IMG/VR virus record: IMGVR_UViG_3300009503_000018
Coordinates: 64,001-128,000 of that record
Direction: 5' to 3' (one strand)
Length of the DNA: 64,000 nucleotides
From: a virus
The position numbers and the translations under genes were made by a program. Below are positions 17,463 to 26,899 of this stretch, piece after piece (the first letter of the stretch is position 1; every line of letters begins with the position of its first letter). Under the pieces are notes generated by a model, which did not search any database, was not told the DNA's origin, and saw only the letters and a list, made by a program, of their open reading frames with translations.

Positions 17463-19496
17463 TTAATGTTCTCCTGAAAGGTCATATTCTTCGATATGGG
17501 TAACATGATTTTGTTTCACGGCTCGAATTTCTTTATCGAATCTCCCGCTATCGCGAACACTTCGATGGTTCGTAATAACAAGAACGGTCCTACCATCGCC
17601 GGTAAGATGTTCGAGAAGTTTGCACATTTGTTCTTCGCCCCAAGTATCCAAATTCGCAAATGGCTCATCCAGTAGCAACAAATTTACATTCGCATCTGCT
17701 TGTTCCATTGACAGATCTCCGAAAGCTCCAGTAATGGCCAAACTCAATGCGGCTTTTTCACCTCCTGAATAAAACCGTATCGGGACGTGTTTTTTATTTC
17801 CGTCTTTGACCAAAATGTCAAGTTCGGTTTTTACTCCTTTGCCATCTGCTTTTGGAACTTCTGTAACCAATTCTGCGTGAACTTCTCCATCCGTCAGGAT
17901 AGACAAATATTTAGCTAGTGAATTATTAAACGCGTCGCGACTCGAATGAATTTTGAACGATTTAAAACCTTTATCTCCAATAAGTTCTTCGCATCGCTCA
18001 ATATACTTAATGCTTTTTTCATTTTTCTCATTAATAGTAATTTGGTGCTGTAATTGCTTGTTAAGTTTTTCATATTGAGACCGGGAATTTTCGGCGGTTT
18101 CAATCTGTGTTTTCAACTGTGTATACGCTTGTGTAAGATGGAGTTGCTCAGCCAAGAGATCTTTCTTTTCCTCCTCAATTTTTTCCGGAATATGAACACC
18201 GGTCCCGATACACTCTTTTAGAGTTTTGAGTTGTTCTACTACCTTTTGTAGGTCGTTGCTTGCTGTTTGTAGAAGGGCGTGATTTGCCGTCATGTCAGCT
18301 TCATACGCCCGCATATCTCGTAATACTCCCTGTGTACTTTTCTGTGTAGAAAGCATTTGTTGGAGCGCGTCTTTTAGAGCGTCTCTCTTTTTCGTCAACT
18401 CTTTAATGGTCCGTGTATATTTCGTATGCAAACTTTGGCGCAACTCATCAGAAACCGCTTGTTCACACTCCGCACATTCCCCTTTCAAAGATTCCACATG
18501 TTGTAGCCGCATCTCCGCCTGCCGTACTTCCGCGTTTGCCATTGCATGTTTATTTTGGAGATCGCAGACTTGTGCATTAATCGCCTCAACTTCTGCTTCA
18601 AGCTGTGCCGACGTTTTAAATGTCGAAAACCGAAAACTAAAATCTTCTGCCTTTTGGCTGCACGTTTTCGCTAATTGCTGAACGCGATCTTTTAATAGAC
18701 GCTCTTTAGTTTGTAGTTCTGCAATAAGTCGAAGTTTCTTTGCCTCTTCTTCCAACGAGGCAAGTTCGTCTGCAATAACACGCAGTCGTGCTTGTTGTTC
18801 TTGGAGTTCCCGCGACCATTGAGCAATTTCTTCGGGTGCGACCAGTGTTTTTGCCATCGCGGCAACTTGCGCTTGAAGTGTTGTTACAACCCCTTGCCCT
18901 TTCAGCAATTCTTGACGCAGGGATTTTCTCCACTCGCTCGCCACTTTGATATATTTGTCGCACTCGTCGAGATTCAAGATATTTCCAAAAATAGCTTTCC
19001 GCTCTTTGTCAGTACGTGTAATAAAATCAGCTATTTTCGATTGTGGAATATACGCTTGATTGACGAATTGGTCATATGTCATTCGAATATGATCCCGAAT
19101 GATTTTTTTGGTATCCGTATTTCGAGCGCCTTTTTCTGGTTGCCAGTTTTGGCCGTCCCACCGATACAACGTCCAATGCGTGCCTTCCTTCGGATGCTGC
19201 CGTGCATAAACAACATAATACGGCACACCAGCATCGTCAATAAACGAAACTGCTATGCGACATCCCTGGTCACGTCGAACCGTATTAATGACGGTATCGT
19301 GAGTTGAACCGTCGTCGTTTTCTTCAAATAAAGCAGTCGTAATGGCTTTAAAAATAGAACTTTTTCCCGCCCCAGACGAAATACCACGATCACGATTTTC
19401 GCCGGTGACGAGATATAACTTCCCGGGCTCAAAATCGAGGACTTGTTTGTCCCCATAAGACCGAAACCCCTCAATTTCGACCGAACGAATGATCAT
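17463..19496 (-). CDS. sbcC: SbcC/Rad50 (gp46-like) SMC-family ATPase
   Basis: IEGFRSY, GAGKSS Walker A, coiled coil with CAEC zinc hook, YSGGE signature, LLLDEPF Walker B. Confidence 0.93.
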   Translation of the reverse strand: MIIRSVEIEGFRSYGDKQVLDFEPGKLYLVTGENRDRGISSGAGKSSIFKAITTALFEENDDGSTHDTVINTVRRDQGCRIAVSFIDDAGVPYYVVYARQHPKEGTHWTLYRWDGQNWQPEKGARNTDTKKIIRDHIRMTYDQFVNQAYIPQSKIADFITRTDKERKAIFGNILNLDECDKYIKVASEWRKSLRQELLKGQGVVTTLQAQVAAMAKTLVAPEEIAQWSRELQEQQARLRVIADELASLEEEAKKLRLIAELQTKERLLKDRVQQLAKTCSQKAEDFSFRFSTFKTSAQLEAEVEAINAQVCDLQNKHAMANAEVRQAEMRLQHVESLKGECAECEQAVSDELRQSLHTKYTRTIKELTKKRDALKDALQQMLSTQKSTQGVLRDMRAYEADMTANHALLQTASNDLQKVVEQLKTLKECIGTGVHIPEKIEEEKKDLLAEQLHLTQAYTQLKTQIETAENSRSQYEKLNKQLQHQITINEKNEKSIKYIERCEELIGDKGFKSFKIHSSRDAFNNSLAKYLSILTDGEVHAELVTEVPKADGKGVKTELDILVKDGNKKHVPIRFYSGGEKAALSLAITGAFGDLSMEQADANVNLLLLDEPFANLDTWGEEQMCKLLEHLTGDGRTVLVITNHRSVRDSGRFDKEIRAVKQNHVTHIEEYDLSGEH

Positions 19497-19628
19497 TGCT
19501 TGGTGACGACATCCTCAGTCAATGACAAGGACTTCTCAGGTTAACCTGAAGGCTCCGTCCAAGCCGAAGGATATTTATCGCTGCATTCACATCTCTGTCA
19601 AGTAGTAAACTACACGAACACGAGTGTA
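19483..19628 (-). ncRNA. Putative cis omegaRNA (reRNA) of TnpB; guide begins CAAGCAATGATCATTCGTTC
   Basis: Overlaps the tnpB 3' end; hairpins TCAGG-TTAA-CCTGA and GTCCT..AGGAT; ends TCAC. The 5' limit is inferred from the extent of the second copy. Confidence 0.6.
19493..19504. repeat. 12-bp direct repeat, sbcC-side copy (TCATTGCTTGGT)
   Basis: Identical to 20693-20704; contains the sbcC ATG. Confidence 0.9.
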
Positions 19629-20692
19629 TTCGTTCTGACAATGTTTTTTGTCGAACCAATCCACATTGTGAACAGGTACTTGACGTGCCACGAGGTGGGA
19701 CCTTGACGAATCGGCGTCCAGCCTCTTCCGCTTTGACACCAAGAATGTCGAGGAATCGTGACCATGCAGCATCTGTTATAGATTTAGATTTATTGAGCCC
19801 GCTCGTTGACTTGTGTGTCATTTCACGCACATCTAAATCCTCAACGACGATCATTGCATTCTCAGAAACAATTCGATGGGCAAGTTTATGCTGAAAATCA
19901 TTTCGTTGATTTGTTATTTTCGCATATAACCTGGCGAGGTATGCTTTCGCCTTTTCTCGACGCTTCGAGCCTCGATTCTTTCGACTAAGCGCTCGCTGAG
20001 CTGCGCTCAGCCGCTCTTCAGTTTTTCGATACCATCGTGGATTCTCGATTTTTTCACCGGTAGACAACGTGGCAAAACTCTCTAAACCCATATCAATACC
20101 AATTTCTGCGGTTGCTTCAGGGTATGGTTTGGCAGGAACATCAGCGCAGGAAAATATCGCATACCATTTTCCTGCTCGACGCTTGAGGGTGAGCATCTTT
20201 GGTTTTCCAGTAATTGGTCGGTGAAACCGAATCCGAACACACCCAATACCACCAAGACGGATTTTCTTCGGGCTAATCAAACGAAAGCCAATATCCTGAG
20301 GCCATGTCAGGCTATTATAACGATCTCGTCCTTTGAACCTTGGATAACCAGGCTTTTCGCCATTTTTTACACGCCCGAAGAATTGTTGAAATGCAAAATC
20401 GACACGGTAAATTACCTGTTGAAGAACCTGCGCATAAATATTCGCGAATTCAGGTCGTTCTTGTTTGACAACGGGAAGTTCTTTTGATTGTTCAAAAAAG
20501 CCAATACGCACACCATGTTTCCAGGCTTCGCGCTCTTTGATCGCCGCATTGTACAATTCACGGCAATATCCAAGCCACAGGTCTAATTGTTGTGCTTGTA
20601 CCTTGGTTGGATATATGCGATATTTAAATGCTCTATGCATTAATAGACATATTAGGCTACGTACTTTATAGTAGCGGCGGAGGGACTCGAAC
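19503..20692 (-). mobile_element. tnpB-only IS200/IS605-family (IS1341-like) element
   Basis: Single tnpB ORF; right end with subterminal hairpin finishing ..GAGGATGTCGTCAC; no tnpA. Confidence 0.85.
19519..20640 (-). CDS. tnpB: RNA-guided endonuclease TnpB, catalytic motifs intact
   Basis: MHRAFKYRIYPT start; GYPRFK; RuvC-I IGIDMG, RuvC-II VVEDL, Zn finger CSQC..CSC, RuvC-III DRDVNAAINI. Start trimmed to the ATG at 20640 (373 aa). Confidence 0.95.
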   Translation of the reverse strand: MHRAFKYRIYPTKVQAQQLDLWLGYCRELYNAAIKEREAWKHGVRIGFFEQSKELPVVKQERPEFANIYAQVLQQVIYRVDFAFQQFFGRVKNGEKPGYPRFKGRDRYNSLTWPQDIGFRLISPKKIRLGGIGCVRIRFHRPITGKPKMLTLKRRAGKWYAIFSCADVPAKPYPEATAEIGIDMGLESFATLSTGEKIENPRWYRKTEERLSAAQRALSRKNRGSKRREKAKAYLARLYAKITNQRNDFQHKLAHRIVSENAMIVVEDLDVREMTHKSTSGLNKSKSITDAAWSRFLDILGVKAEEAGRRFVKVPPRGTSSTCSQCGLVRQKTLSERIHSCSCSLLLDRDVNAAINILRLGRSLQVNLRSPCH

Positions 20693-20704
20693 TCATTGCT
20701 TGGT
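20693..20704. repeat. 12-bp direct repeat, upstream-gene copy
   Basis: Identical to 19493-19504; contains the TGA stop of ORF 20693-20941. Confidence 0.9.
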
Positions 20705-20941
20705 ATGCATTTCAAAAGCGAATGCTACTGTATACCCTTCAACTCGTTGTTCGTCAAGTACTGAATTTAACAGTTCTTTCGTCGGACATACAACGACTCG
20801 TCTTTTCTCTATACCTTCTTTCTGAAGGACCGCGACATATGAAACAGCGTTATGCTGTATAGATTTATGCACCGATAAAAGAAGATCTGCAAACTCATCA
20901 ACGGAAACTGGTTTTTCTATTTCTATATGTTTTCTATTCAT
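20693..20941 (-). CDS. Hypothetical protein between sbcD and sbcC
   Basis: 82-aa ORF overlapping the sbcD stop. Confidence 0.6.
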   Translation of the reverse strand: MNRKHIEIEKPVSVDEFADLLLSVHKSIQHNAVSYVAVLQKEGIEKRRVVVCPTKELLNSVLDEQRVEGYTVAFAFEMHTKQ

Positions 20942-22014
20942 ATTGTATCAATCCGTCGTTCAATTTCTTTTAAATACTCCAGCAATTCCGGGTCATTATC
21001 GACTTGCTGCACGTAAGAAAGTAATTGCTTTCCAATTGGAATTCTTTTGTTGATTTTTGCATTGACATTTAAGGGAGTTGTCGCTTTCGCCTGCATACGG
21101 ACCTTTGCCGAAGCCGCCCCCATCGCCCGCAGGCGTTTCTCTAGTTCTCGTCGAACAGACACAGGAGCTTGACCATTATGTTCTACAACCATAAATACAA
21201 CATTGCCCACAACGTTTTTCTCAATTTGGAGCATTTCTTCTATATCACCAGCCCAAGTTTTCACAACATTAATGATTTTAGGAAAAGGCGATTCAACAAA
21301 TTCAACTGCAATCGACGATTCAACGTCGACAATAAGAGCCCCTTTCGCACCTTGATCGCCGTCTTGGACGCGCTCTAATGGCGTTCCAATATGCCAGGCA
21401 GGGACATTTTCAAATTTGAGTTCTTGACGTAAGTGAATATGCCCTCCCAGCACGTAGGATAATTCAGAACGGTCAATGGTTTCTCGGACAATTCCTGTTG
21501 TGGCGGCATATTTTCCATCTCGTGAATGTCCGATGACGGAATCATGGAAAAACAGAACATTAATATCGTGCGGACTTAAGTCATACTCGAACTGTGTGTA
21601 ACCATAGGGCAAAAAGTGCAATAACAGCCCATTAAAGTCTAGGACACCGGGCTTGTCAAACACAACAATTTTATCGTCGTCATTCCATATTTGTACGCCG
21701 TTATAACTGTGCCATTGTCCTGTCTTGTCATACAAATCGTGGTTGCCAAGAAGACACGCAATACGAACATTGTCGCGGCGAAATCGGTTGAGCCGCTCGT
21801 CCGCTAAGTCCCGCATCCATGCTGGTGGTCTGTGAGGTTTAAAGCGGTCTCCACCAAAAATTACTGCGTCGGCCTTTTTTTGTAAAGCAAGTTCTCGAAC
21901 CCAGTCCCACACATTCAGCGTATCAAGCAACCGGCTGTTAAAACCGGTTTTCTGGTCAATATGACCTTCGCTATATTCGCCGATGTGACCATCGCTAAAC
22001 ACGACGAGTTTCAT
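20938..22014 (-). CDS. sbcD: SbcD/Mre11 (gp47-like) metallophosphoesterase nuclease
   Basis: SDGH, GGDRF, LGNHD, FHD, GHIH motifs. Confidence 0.92.
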   Translation of the reverse strand: MKLVVFSDGHIGEYSEGHIDQKTGFNSRLLDTLNVWDWVRELALQKKADAVIFGGDRFKPHRPPAWMRDLADERLNRFRRDNVRIACLLGNHDLYDKTGQWHSYNGVQIWNDDDKIVVFDKPGVLDFNGLLLHFLPYGYTQFEYDLSPHDINVLFFHDSVIGHSRDGKYAATTGIVRETIDRSELSYVLGGHIHLRQELKFENVPAWHIGTPLERVQDGDQGAKGALIVDVESSIAVEFVESPFPKIINVVKTWAGDIEEMLQIEKNVVGNVVFMVVEHNGQAPVSVRRELEKRLRAMGAASAKVRMQAKATTPLNVNAKINKRIPIGKQLLSYVQQVDNDPELLEYLKEIERRIDTI

Positions 22015-23036
22015 AAGGTTTCTCGAATATGAGGCAACCCTTCATTATATGCCGCTGGTGTAATTTCAATAAATTCTGCTTTTTGTTGTAATTCTTGAAT
22101 GTTTTTTGCTCCACAATACGTCAAACCAGACCGCAAACCGCCAATCAGATCTCGTACAACATTCTCTACTGGACCTTTACACGGGACTTTGATAGAAATC
22201 CCCTCCGCTGTTTTCCACTCTGGTACATCACCATAGTAGTCACGATGCGCCTCAACAGAGGCCATGCCACGAAATATTTTATAGTTATTCGGGCCGTCCC
22301 AAATCTCTTCGCCGGGAGTTTCGTCTGTACCAGCCAACAAACCGCCAACCATAACCATAGTCGCTCCGGCAGCGAGCGCTTTTACTACATCTCCCGGGAA
22401 ACGAATTCCTCCGTCCGCTATTACTGGACGACCGGTCCTACTGCAATCCATAATCGCTGTAATTTGTGGAACACCAAACCCGGTTTTTAGGCGTGTTGTA
22501 CATACTGACCCTGGACCGATACCAACCTTGATTGCATCGGCACCACAACTAGCCAAATAATCAGCGCCGGCGGCCGTGGCGACATTTCCAGCGATAATAT
22601 AAATATTCTTTTTAAACTTTTCCCGTAACGCTTTAATCATTTTGCCGGTCAATCGTGAATGACCGTGGGCTACATCAACGCAAAATAGCGTTGCACCAGC
22701 ATTATACAATGCTTCAGCGCGATCCAATCCTTCATTAACACCTACCGAGACTCCTACGATGGGATATTTATTGTCTTGTGATTGTGTTGCCTTTTTATAT
22801 TCATTGACATTTTCTTCAATTGAAATAAAACGATGCAATATCCCTAGACACCCCAATTCCCACATCTTTCTTGCCATTACTGCTCCACAAATTGTATCCA
22901 TATTTGCTGCAATAATAGGCACTTTAAATAAATACGGACCTAATGACGCTTCGGTAGAGACCGCCGACCGAGAAGAGAAATGATTATAATTGGGCTGTAA
23001 CAACAGATCATCAAAAGTTAATCCACGACGGATCAT
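22011..23036 (-). CDS. IMP dehydrogenase / GMP reductase family protein without CBS domains
   Basis: [35 protein letters not shown] (catalytic Cys), [15 protein letters not shown]. Start trimmed to MIRRGLTF. Confidence 0.9.
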   Translation of the reverse strand: MIRRGLTFDDLLLQPNYNHFSSRSAVSTEASLGPYLFKVPIIAANMDTICGAVMARKMWELGCLGILHRFISIEENVNEYKKATQSQDNKYPIVGVSVGVNEGLDRAEALYNAGATLFCVDVAHGHSRLTGKMIKALREKFKKNIYIIAGNVATAAGADYLASCGADAIKVGIGPGSVCTTRLKTGFGVPQITAIMDCSRTGRPVIADGGIRFPGDVVKALAAGATMVMVGGLLAGTDETPGEEIWDGPNNYKIFRGMASVEAHRDYYGDVPEWKTAEGISIKVPCKGPVENVVRDLIGGLRSGLTYCGAKNIQELQQKAEFIEITPAAYNEGLPHIRETL

Positions 23037-23380
23037 TTCTCTCTCTCCCAAGGATAAACAACATATTGATCTATTTCTCGCACCCAATATGTCGGCACAA
23101 ACGGACAATGTTTGTGCTTGTGGAGTGTAGCGATATCGTATTTATCTATAAAAGGAGATAGAGTTTTTCCACTATCTGCAATATCGTCCACGACGAGACT
23201 GTGTTCTTCGGGCTCATCAAACTTGAGAGGGAGGTCAAGCAAATGCGATAACGTAACACCAAGGGGCAGACCGCCCCGTGGGAGACTGAAAATGGATGAA
23301 TACTTTTTTCCTTTTTTACGGATTTGCGCTACGAGTTGAGACACGTCCGTGTCGAAATCTGCCCACGAATACACAATCAT
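23033..23380 (-). CDS. Purine phosphoribosyltransferase (Gpt-like)
   Basis: SLPRGGL and the PRPP-binding LVVDDIADSGKTL; ends VVYPWE. Confidence 0.85.
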   Translation of the reverse strand: MIVYSWADFDTDVSQLVAQIRKKGKKYSSIFSLPRGGLPLGVTLSHLLDLPLKFDEPEEHSLVVDDIADSGKTLSPFIDKYDIATLHKHKHCPFVPTYWVREIDQYVVYPWEREK

Positions 23381-24396
23381 GAATTGTTTTTTTGGATAGC
23401 AATGTTTTCTTGAATTTTCTTTAACATTTCAGGATGTTCCACGAGAAAAGCTCGGGCATTGTCAGCGCCCTGTCCAATACGCTCTCCCTCAAAGGAATAC
23501 CACGCCCCTGTTTTTTCGATGACACCTGTATCGACGCCGTAATTGAGCCAGCATTTGACAACATCAAACCCCTCCCCATAGATCAAATCGAATTCCGCTT
23601 CGCGAAATGGGGGAGCGACTTTATTCTTTACGACTTTGACTTTCATTGTATGACCAATAACTTCTTCACCATTTTTCAGTGTTGTGCTCTTTCGCACGTC
23701 GAGGCGCACCGAAGCATAAAACTTTAGGGCATTTCCTCCAGTTGTTGTTTCAGGATTTCCAAACATTACTCCGATTTTCTGGCGCAATTGATTAATAAAA
23801 ATAATCGAGGATCGGTGCTTATTCAAGTTACTGGTGATCTTGCGCATCGCTTGCGACATGAGGCGAGCTTGCAAGCCCATATGCGCACTCCCCATTTCTC
23901 CCTCGATTTCTGCTTTCGGGACGAGAGCTGCTACCGAATCTACCACGATCAAGTCCACGCCGGCTTCAATAGCAAAATCAGCCATTTCTAGCGCTTGTTC
24001 CCCACTATCTGGCTGAGATACTAGTCCTTTCGACAAATCGAGTCCCAACCGCTGAGCATACTGCAAATCCAAAGCATGTTCTGCATCAATGTAATGAACT
24101 ATTCCGCCTAATGATTGGGCTCGGGCAGCAACCTGAATTGCTAATGTCGATTTCCCCGTTGCCTCGGGACCGTAAATTTCGACCATTCGTCCGCGCGGGA
24201 TACCGCCTACGCCCAATGCGTTATCAAGAGGTGGAATGCCGGTCGGAATAACTTCAACACTAGGAAGTTCTTGCTGCCCGCCCAACACAAAAGCGGACTC
24301 AGCGCCGAATTTCTTCGTAAAACCCGAAAGATAATTCTCGATGTCTTTTGATGGACTTGGTGAAGCAAACATTTTCTTTTCCTTTGGCGGAACCAC
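23377..24396 (-). CDS. recA: RecA recombinase
   Basis: GPEATGKST, YIDAEHALD, VVDSVAALVPKAEIEG, INQLRQKIGVMFGNPETTTGGNALKFYASVRLD, KNKVAPPF. Confidence 0.97.
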   Translation of the reverse strand: MVPPKEKKMFASPSPSKDIENYLSGFTKKFGAESAFVLGGQQELPSVEVIPTGIPPLDNALGVGGIPRGRMVEIYGPEATGKSTLAIQVAARAQSLGGIVHYIDAEHALDLQYAQRLGLDLSKGLVSQPDSGEQALEMADFAIEAGVDLIVVDSVAALVPKAEIEGEMGSAHMGLQARLMSQAMRKITSNLNKHRSSIIFINQLRQKIGVMFGNPETTTGGNALKFYASVRLDVRKSTTLKNGEEVIGHTMKVKVVKNKVAPPFREAEFDLIYGEGFDVVKCWLNYGVDTGVIEKTGAWYSFEGERIGQGADNARAFLVEHPEMLKKIQENIAIQKNNS

Positions 24397-24397
24397 G

Positions 24398-25567
24398 TTA
24401 CCTCCACGTCACTTTAGGGCGTCTTGGTGCCGAAACCGGCATCGGCGACGGTTCAGAAGACGGCTCAGGAGTTGAAGTCACTGATTCAGGGACTCGCGGC
24501 GAAGGAACAACCGGTTTTGGACTAAGCTCGACTGGGCTTACAGGACGAGGAACGGAGTTATTAGGAGCCACTTCCGCGCTGGGCTCGACGGGCTTTGAAA
24601 AAGCTACCGATGCCGGAGCCACGGGACGCGGCGGCGTCATAAACTTTTTTGTCCGTACTGGTGTACCCGAACCAAAACTTTGAACATACGCTTGTTTTTG
24701 CTCAGGAGTCCAAACCTGAACCCACTGCGCCGGATCGGGAATATCTTCCGCCGCTTGAAGATACGCCACTACCTCTCCGGGAAGATTCGGGATTTCATCT
24801 TCAATTTCAATAAAGTATTCGCAAAACTGGGAACCCCGCGTATTATCGCGCGTTACATTCACGACACGATACCCACCAGACTCAAAGTCCCAGAATTTCT
24901 TTAGTTTCTGTTTGCGGTACAACTGACCGATGATTGAGTCCGGACCAAAATACCCCTGAATTCGGACATGACCGCCGTCCTCTTCTTCGAGGGGCTTTTG
25001 ACCTAAAGCCTTCGCGACATCGAAAACGGCAAAGTAATATCTGTCGACGGGTCCCCAAGCCTTGGCAAGGTCACGAACAGCGCTTACCTCGGGATGCTGC
25101 GCGATAACGGTAAAAAATTCGTCCTTTGCAATATTTTCGAGACCTGCCGCTTTCCGCTTTTCAGTGTACTCATCCCAAAACAACTGAGCGTGCCGGCAAA
25201 ATACACATTCGTCAGTGTCGAACACCGGCGGGACCGGCTGACCAGCGCGCGATAAAGATTTCGCTTGCTTGTTCATCTGCGTTTCACAAGCAACCATAAC
25301 CCGACGGAAATTACTATCATCGGCGGGAGCTAGTTCAACCCAGTGAACAGCCAACTTGGCGTAATAATTGACCATATCAGGCCAATGCCGGAAAAATGTG
25401 AAGCGGTTCAAATTAAAAGCGAGAAAAAACAGTCTATTCTCCGCAGCTTTCCGTTCTTCGCTTGGGAGCATACGGAACAAGTTCGGATCACGCTTAAAAT
25501 TCTTTCGTGAACCCTCTTCTCCCGGACTCTCCACGTCTACCTCTTGCGGATAATTCAACTCAACCAT
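24398..25567 (-). CDS. Putative gp32-like single-stranded DNA-binding protein with Pro-rich tail
   Basis: RMLP..FFRHW..ACE..CVFC..RYYFAVFD pattern; located next to recA; has its own SD. Confidence 0.55.
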   Translation of the reverse strand: MVELNYPQEVDVESPGEEGSRKNFKRDPNLFRMLPSEERKAAENRLFFLAFNLNRFTFFRHWPDMVNYYAKLAVHWVELAPADDSNFRRVMVACETQMNKQAKSLSRAGQPVPPVFDTDECVFCRHAQLFWDEYTEKRKAAGLENIAKDEFFTVIAQHPEVSAVRDLAKAWGPVDRYYFAVFDVAKALGQKPLEEEDGGHVRIQGYFGPDSIIGQLYRKQKLKKFWDFESGGYRVVNVTRDNTRGSQFCEYFIEIEDEIPNLPGEVVAYLQAAEDIPDPAQWVQVWTPEQKQAYVQSFGSGTPVRTKKFMTPPRPVAPASVAFSKPVEPSAEVAPNNSVPRPVSPVELSPKPVVPSPRVPESVTSTPEPSSEPSPMPVSAPRRPKVTWR

Positions 25568-25595
25568 GTTACCTCCGTTAAAAATAACGACTCAA

Positions 25596-25604
25596 AGTAT
25601 ACCA
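25596..25604 (-). promoter_or_regulatory. Possible extended -10 promoter of the SSB-recA operon
   Basis: TG-G-TATACT on the minus strand about 30 nt before the SSB start; the nearby TTGACA (25628-25633) is too far away for canonical spacing. Confidence 0.35.
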
Positions 25605-25641
25605 TCCATACACCACACGGGAATACTTGTCAAGAGCATAA

Positions 25642-25875
25642 TTAATCCATTGGAACTAAAGGTGCTGTTAGTACTTTTGGTTCGTCCCACCACTGGATAT
25701 GTCCCAATGTTTCCCAACATTTAATAAAATTTACAGCCGCATTCCAATTTGGAAAATTATAGCGCTGAATAACTGGGCTGGCGAATACGGCCCGTGAATG
25801 TTCGACATACGTCAGTTCAACAGAACCGTCGTCTTGTTCTATCAGTTGAATGCCTTTTCCAAAGCCACGTGACAT
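25642..25875 (-). CDS. Hypothetical protein
   Basis: 77-aa ORF in the operon. Confidence 0.55.
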   Translation of the reverse strand: MSRGFGKGIQLIEQDDGSVELTYVEHSRAVFASPVIQRYNFPNWNAAVNFIKCWETLGHIQWWDEPKVLTAPLVPMD

Positions 25876-25888
25876 GTAAATGCCCTTC

Positions 25889-26497
25889 TCAATTGATATT
25901 CGACTGCAACGTCGCTCTTCGATCAGCGGCGAGAGTCCTGATACTCCAAATTTTATTGTTAAATGCGGCGGAAATCGCTTTTAATTGTCGTGTTTTATGC
26001 TGTAAGGATAACAGGTGTGTCTGGGCATCCTCGTATGAAGGAGCATAAATATACATCTCTTCTTTGAATTCCTCTGCGCTTTTCGGGGTTAATCCAATAC
26101 CGGACACTTCTGCAACATACCCTTTATACGCAATCTCAGCATATTCATCTTGATTCGCGTTTTTAGAGAAAATTAACACCGCCGCATTTTCTTTTGCAGC
26201 TACTGTCGGATTTTTTTCTCCACTCCCTTTGAGATAATACTTAGCGTACTTCTCTATATGGGCCATGTACTGCGCATAATCAATTTTTTCGAACCGATCT
26301 TTTGCCAATTCCGCGTCGATTGCCAATTGGGACCAGAAATGTTCCTGAGCTGAACACTCCCTGACTTCACGTTCTAAATCGCTTTCGTCTACCACGAGCA
26401 TCTCAGAAATGATGAATTCTTCATTTCCGTGCTCATCAGACACGACGACACGGAAATCTTGAGTCGTTTGGCCGTGGATAATAACGTTAATCGACAT
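25889..26497 (-). CDS. Helical protein, possibly a UvsY-like recombination mediator
   Basis: Coiled-coil character; C-terminal LKAISAAFNNKIWSIRTLAADRR; upstream of SSB/recA. Start trimmed to MSINV. Confidence 0.4.
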   Translation of the reverse strand: MSINVIIHGQTTQDFRVVVSDEHGNEEFIISEMLVVDESDLEREVRECSAQEHFWSQLAIDAELAKDRFEKIDYAQYMAHIEKYAKYYLKGSGEKNPTVAAKENAAVLIFSKNANQDEYAEIAYKGYVAEVSGIGLTPKSAEEFKEEMYIYAPSYEDAQTHLLSLQHKTRQLKAISAAFNNKIWSIRTLAADRRATLQSNIN

Positions 26498-26603
26498 TGT
26501 TCGACGACGTTGGACACCCCCAGTCGATGGTGGGAGCTTCTCCGCAATCTGGAGAGCCCCCACCATTTAACCACAACACCGGATGATGCGCCATTAGTCA
26601 GGT

Positions 26604-26816
26604 TTAACCAACGGCTACCCGATCAGCCACTTCGGTCTTGACCATCGAGAAAATATAAGTGGCCAAAAGACGAAGCCGATCGCTCTGACTCTTGGTCTGA
26701 GTCAGACCCCGAACGCCCAGCTCTTCGAGATCGCGAAGGAGAGCACGGGTTCTCTGTCGCGCACGGGGATGTAGTGCGACACCTTCGACTGTGCTTGGGA
26801 CTAGCTTATTAGCCAT
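26604..26816 (-). CDS. Hypothetical protein (70 aa)
   Basis: MANKLVPST start with a strong AAGGAGGT SD at 26822-26829. Confidence 0.6.
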   Translation of the reverse strand: MANKLVPSTVEGVALHPRARQRTRALLRDLEELGVRGLTQTKSQSDRLRLLATYIFSMVKTEVADRVAVG

Positions 26817-26840
26817 TTCGGACCTCCTTTTTGAAATTTC

Positions 26841-26899
26841 GTGACGGCACCCCAACAGGGCTTCTCGGGATAACCCCGACGGCTCCGTCCGAGCCTAAG
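26841..26899 (-). ncRNA. Diverged orphan omegaRNA/right-end 3' fragment (copy 3)
   Basis: Aligns with the tnpB 3' end (CTTAGGCTCGGACGGAGCC..GAGAAG..GTCAC); both hairpins are retained through compensatory changes. Confidence 0.6.

Noticed and set aside
20668-20695. tRNA gene (GAGTTCGAGTCCCTCCGCCGCTACTA resembles a T-loop/acceptor 3' end)
   Set aside because: No D arm, anticodon arm or 5' acceptor strand upstream; that sequence is the coding end of ORF 20693-20941. Treated as a hairpin half instead.
19503-20941. Autonomous IS605 with tnpA
   Set aside because: No HUH/Y1 or serine transposase ORF is adjacent; the 82-aa ORF upstream lacks the HUH motif and belongs to the phage operon.
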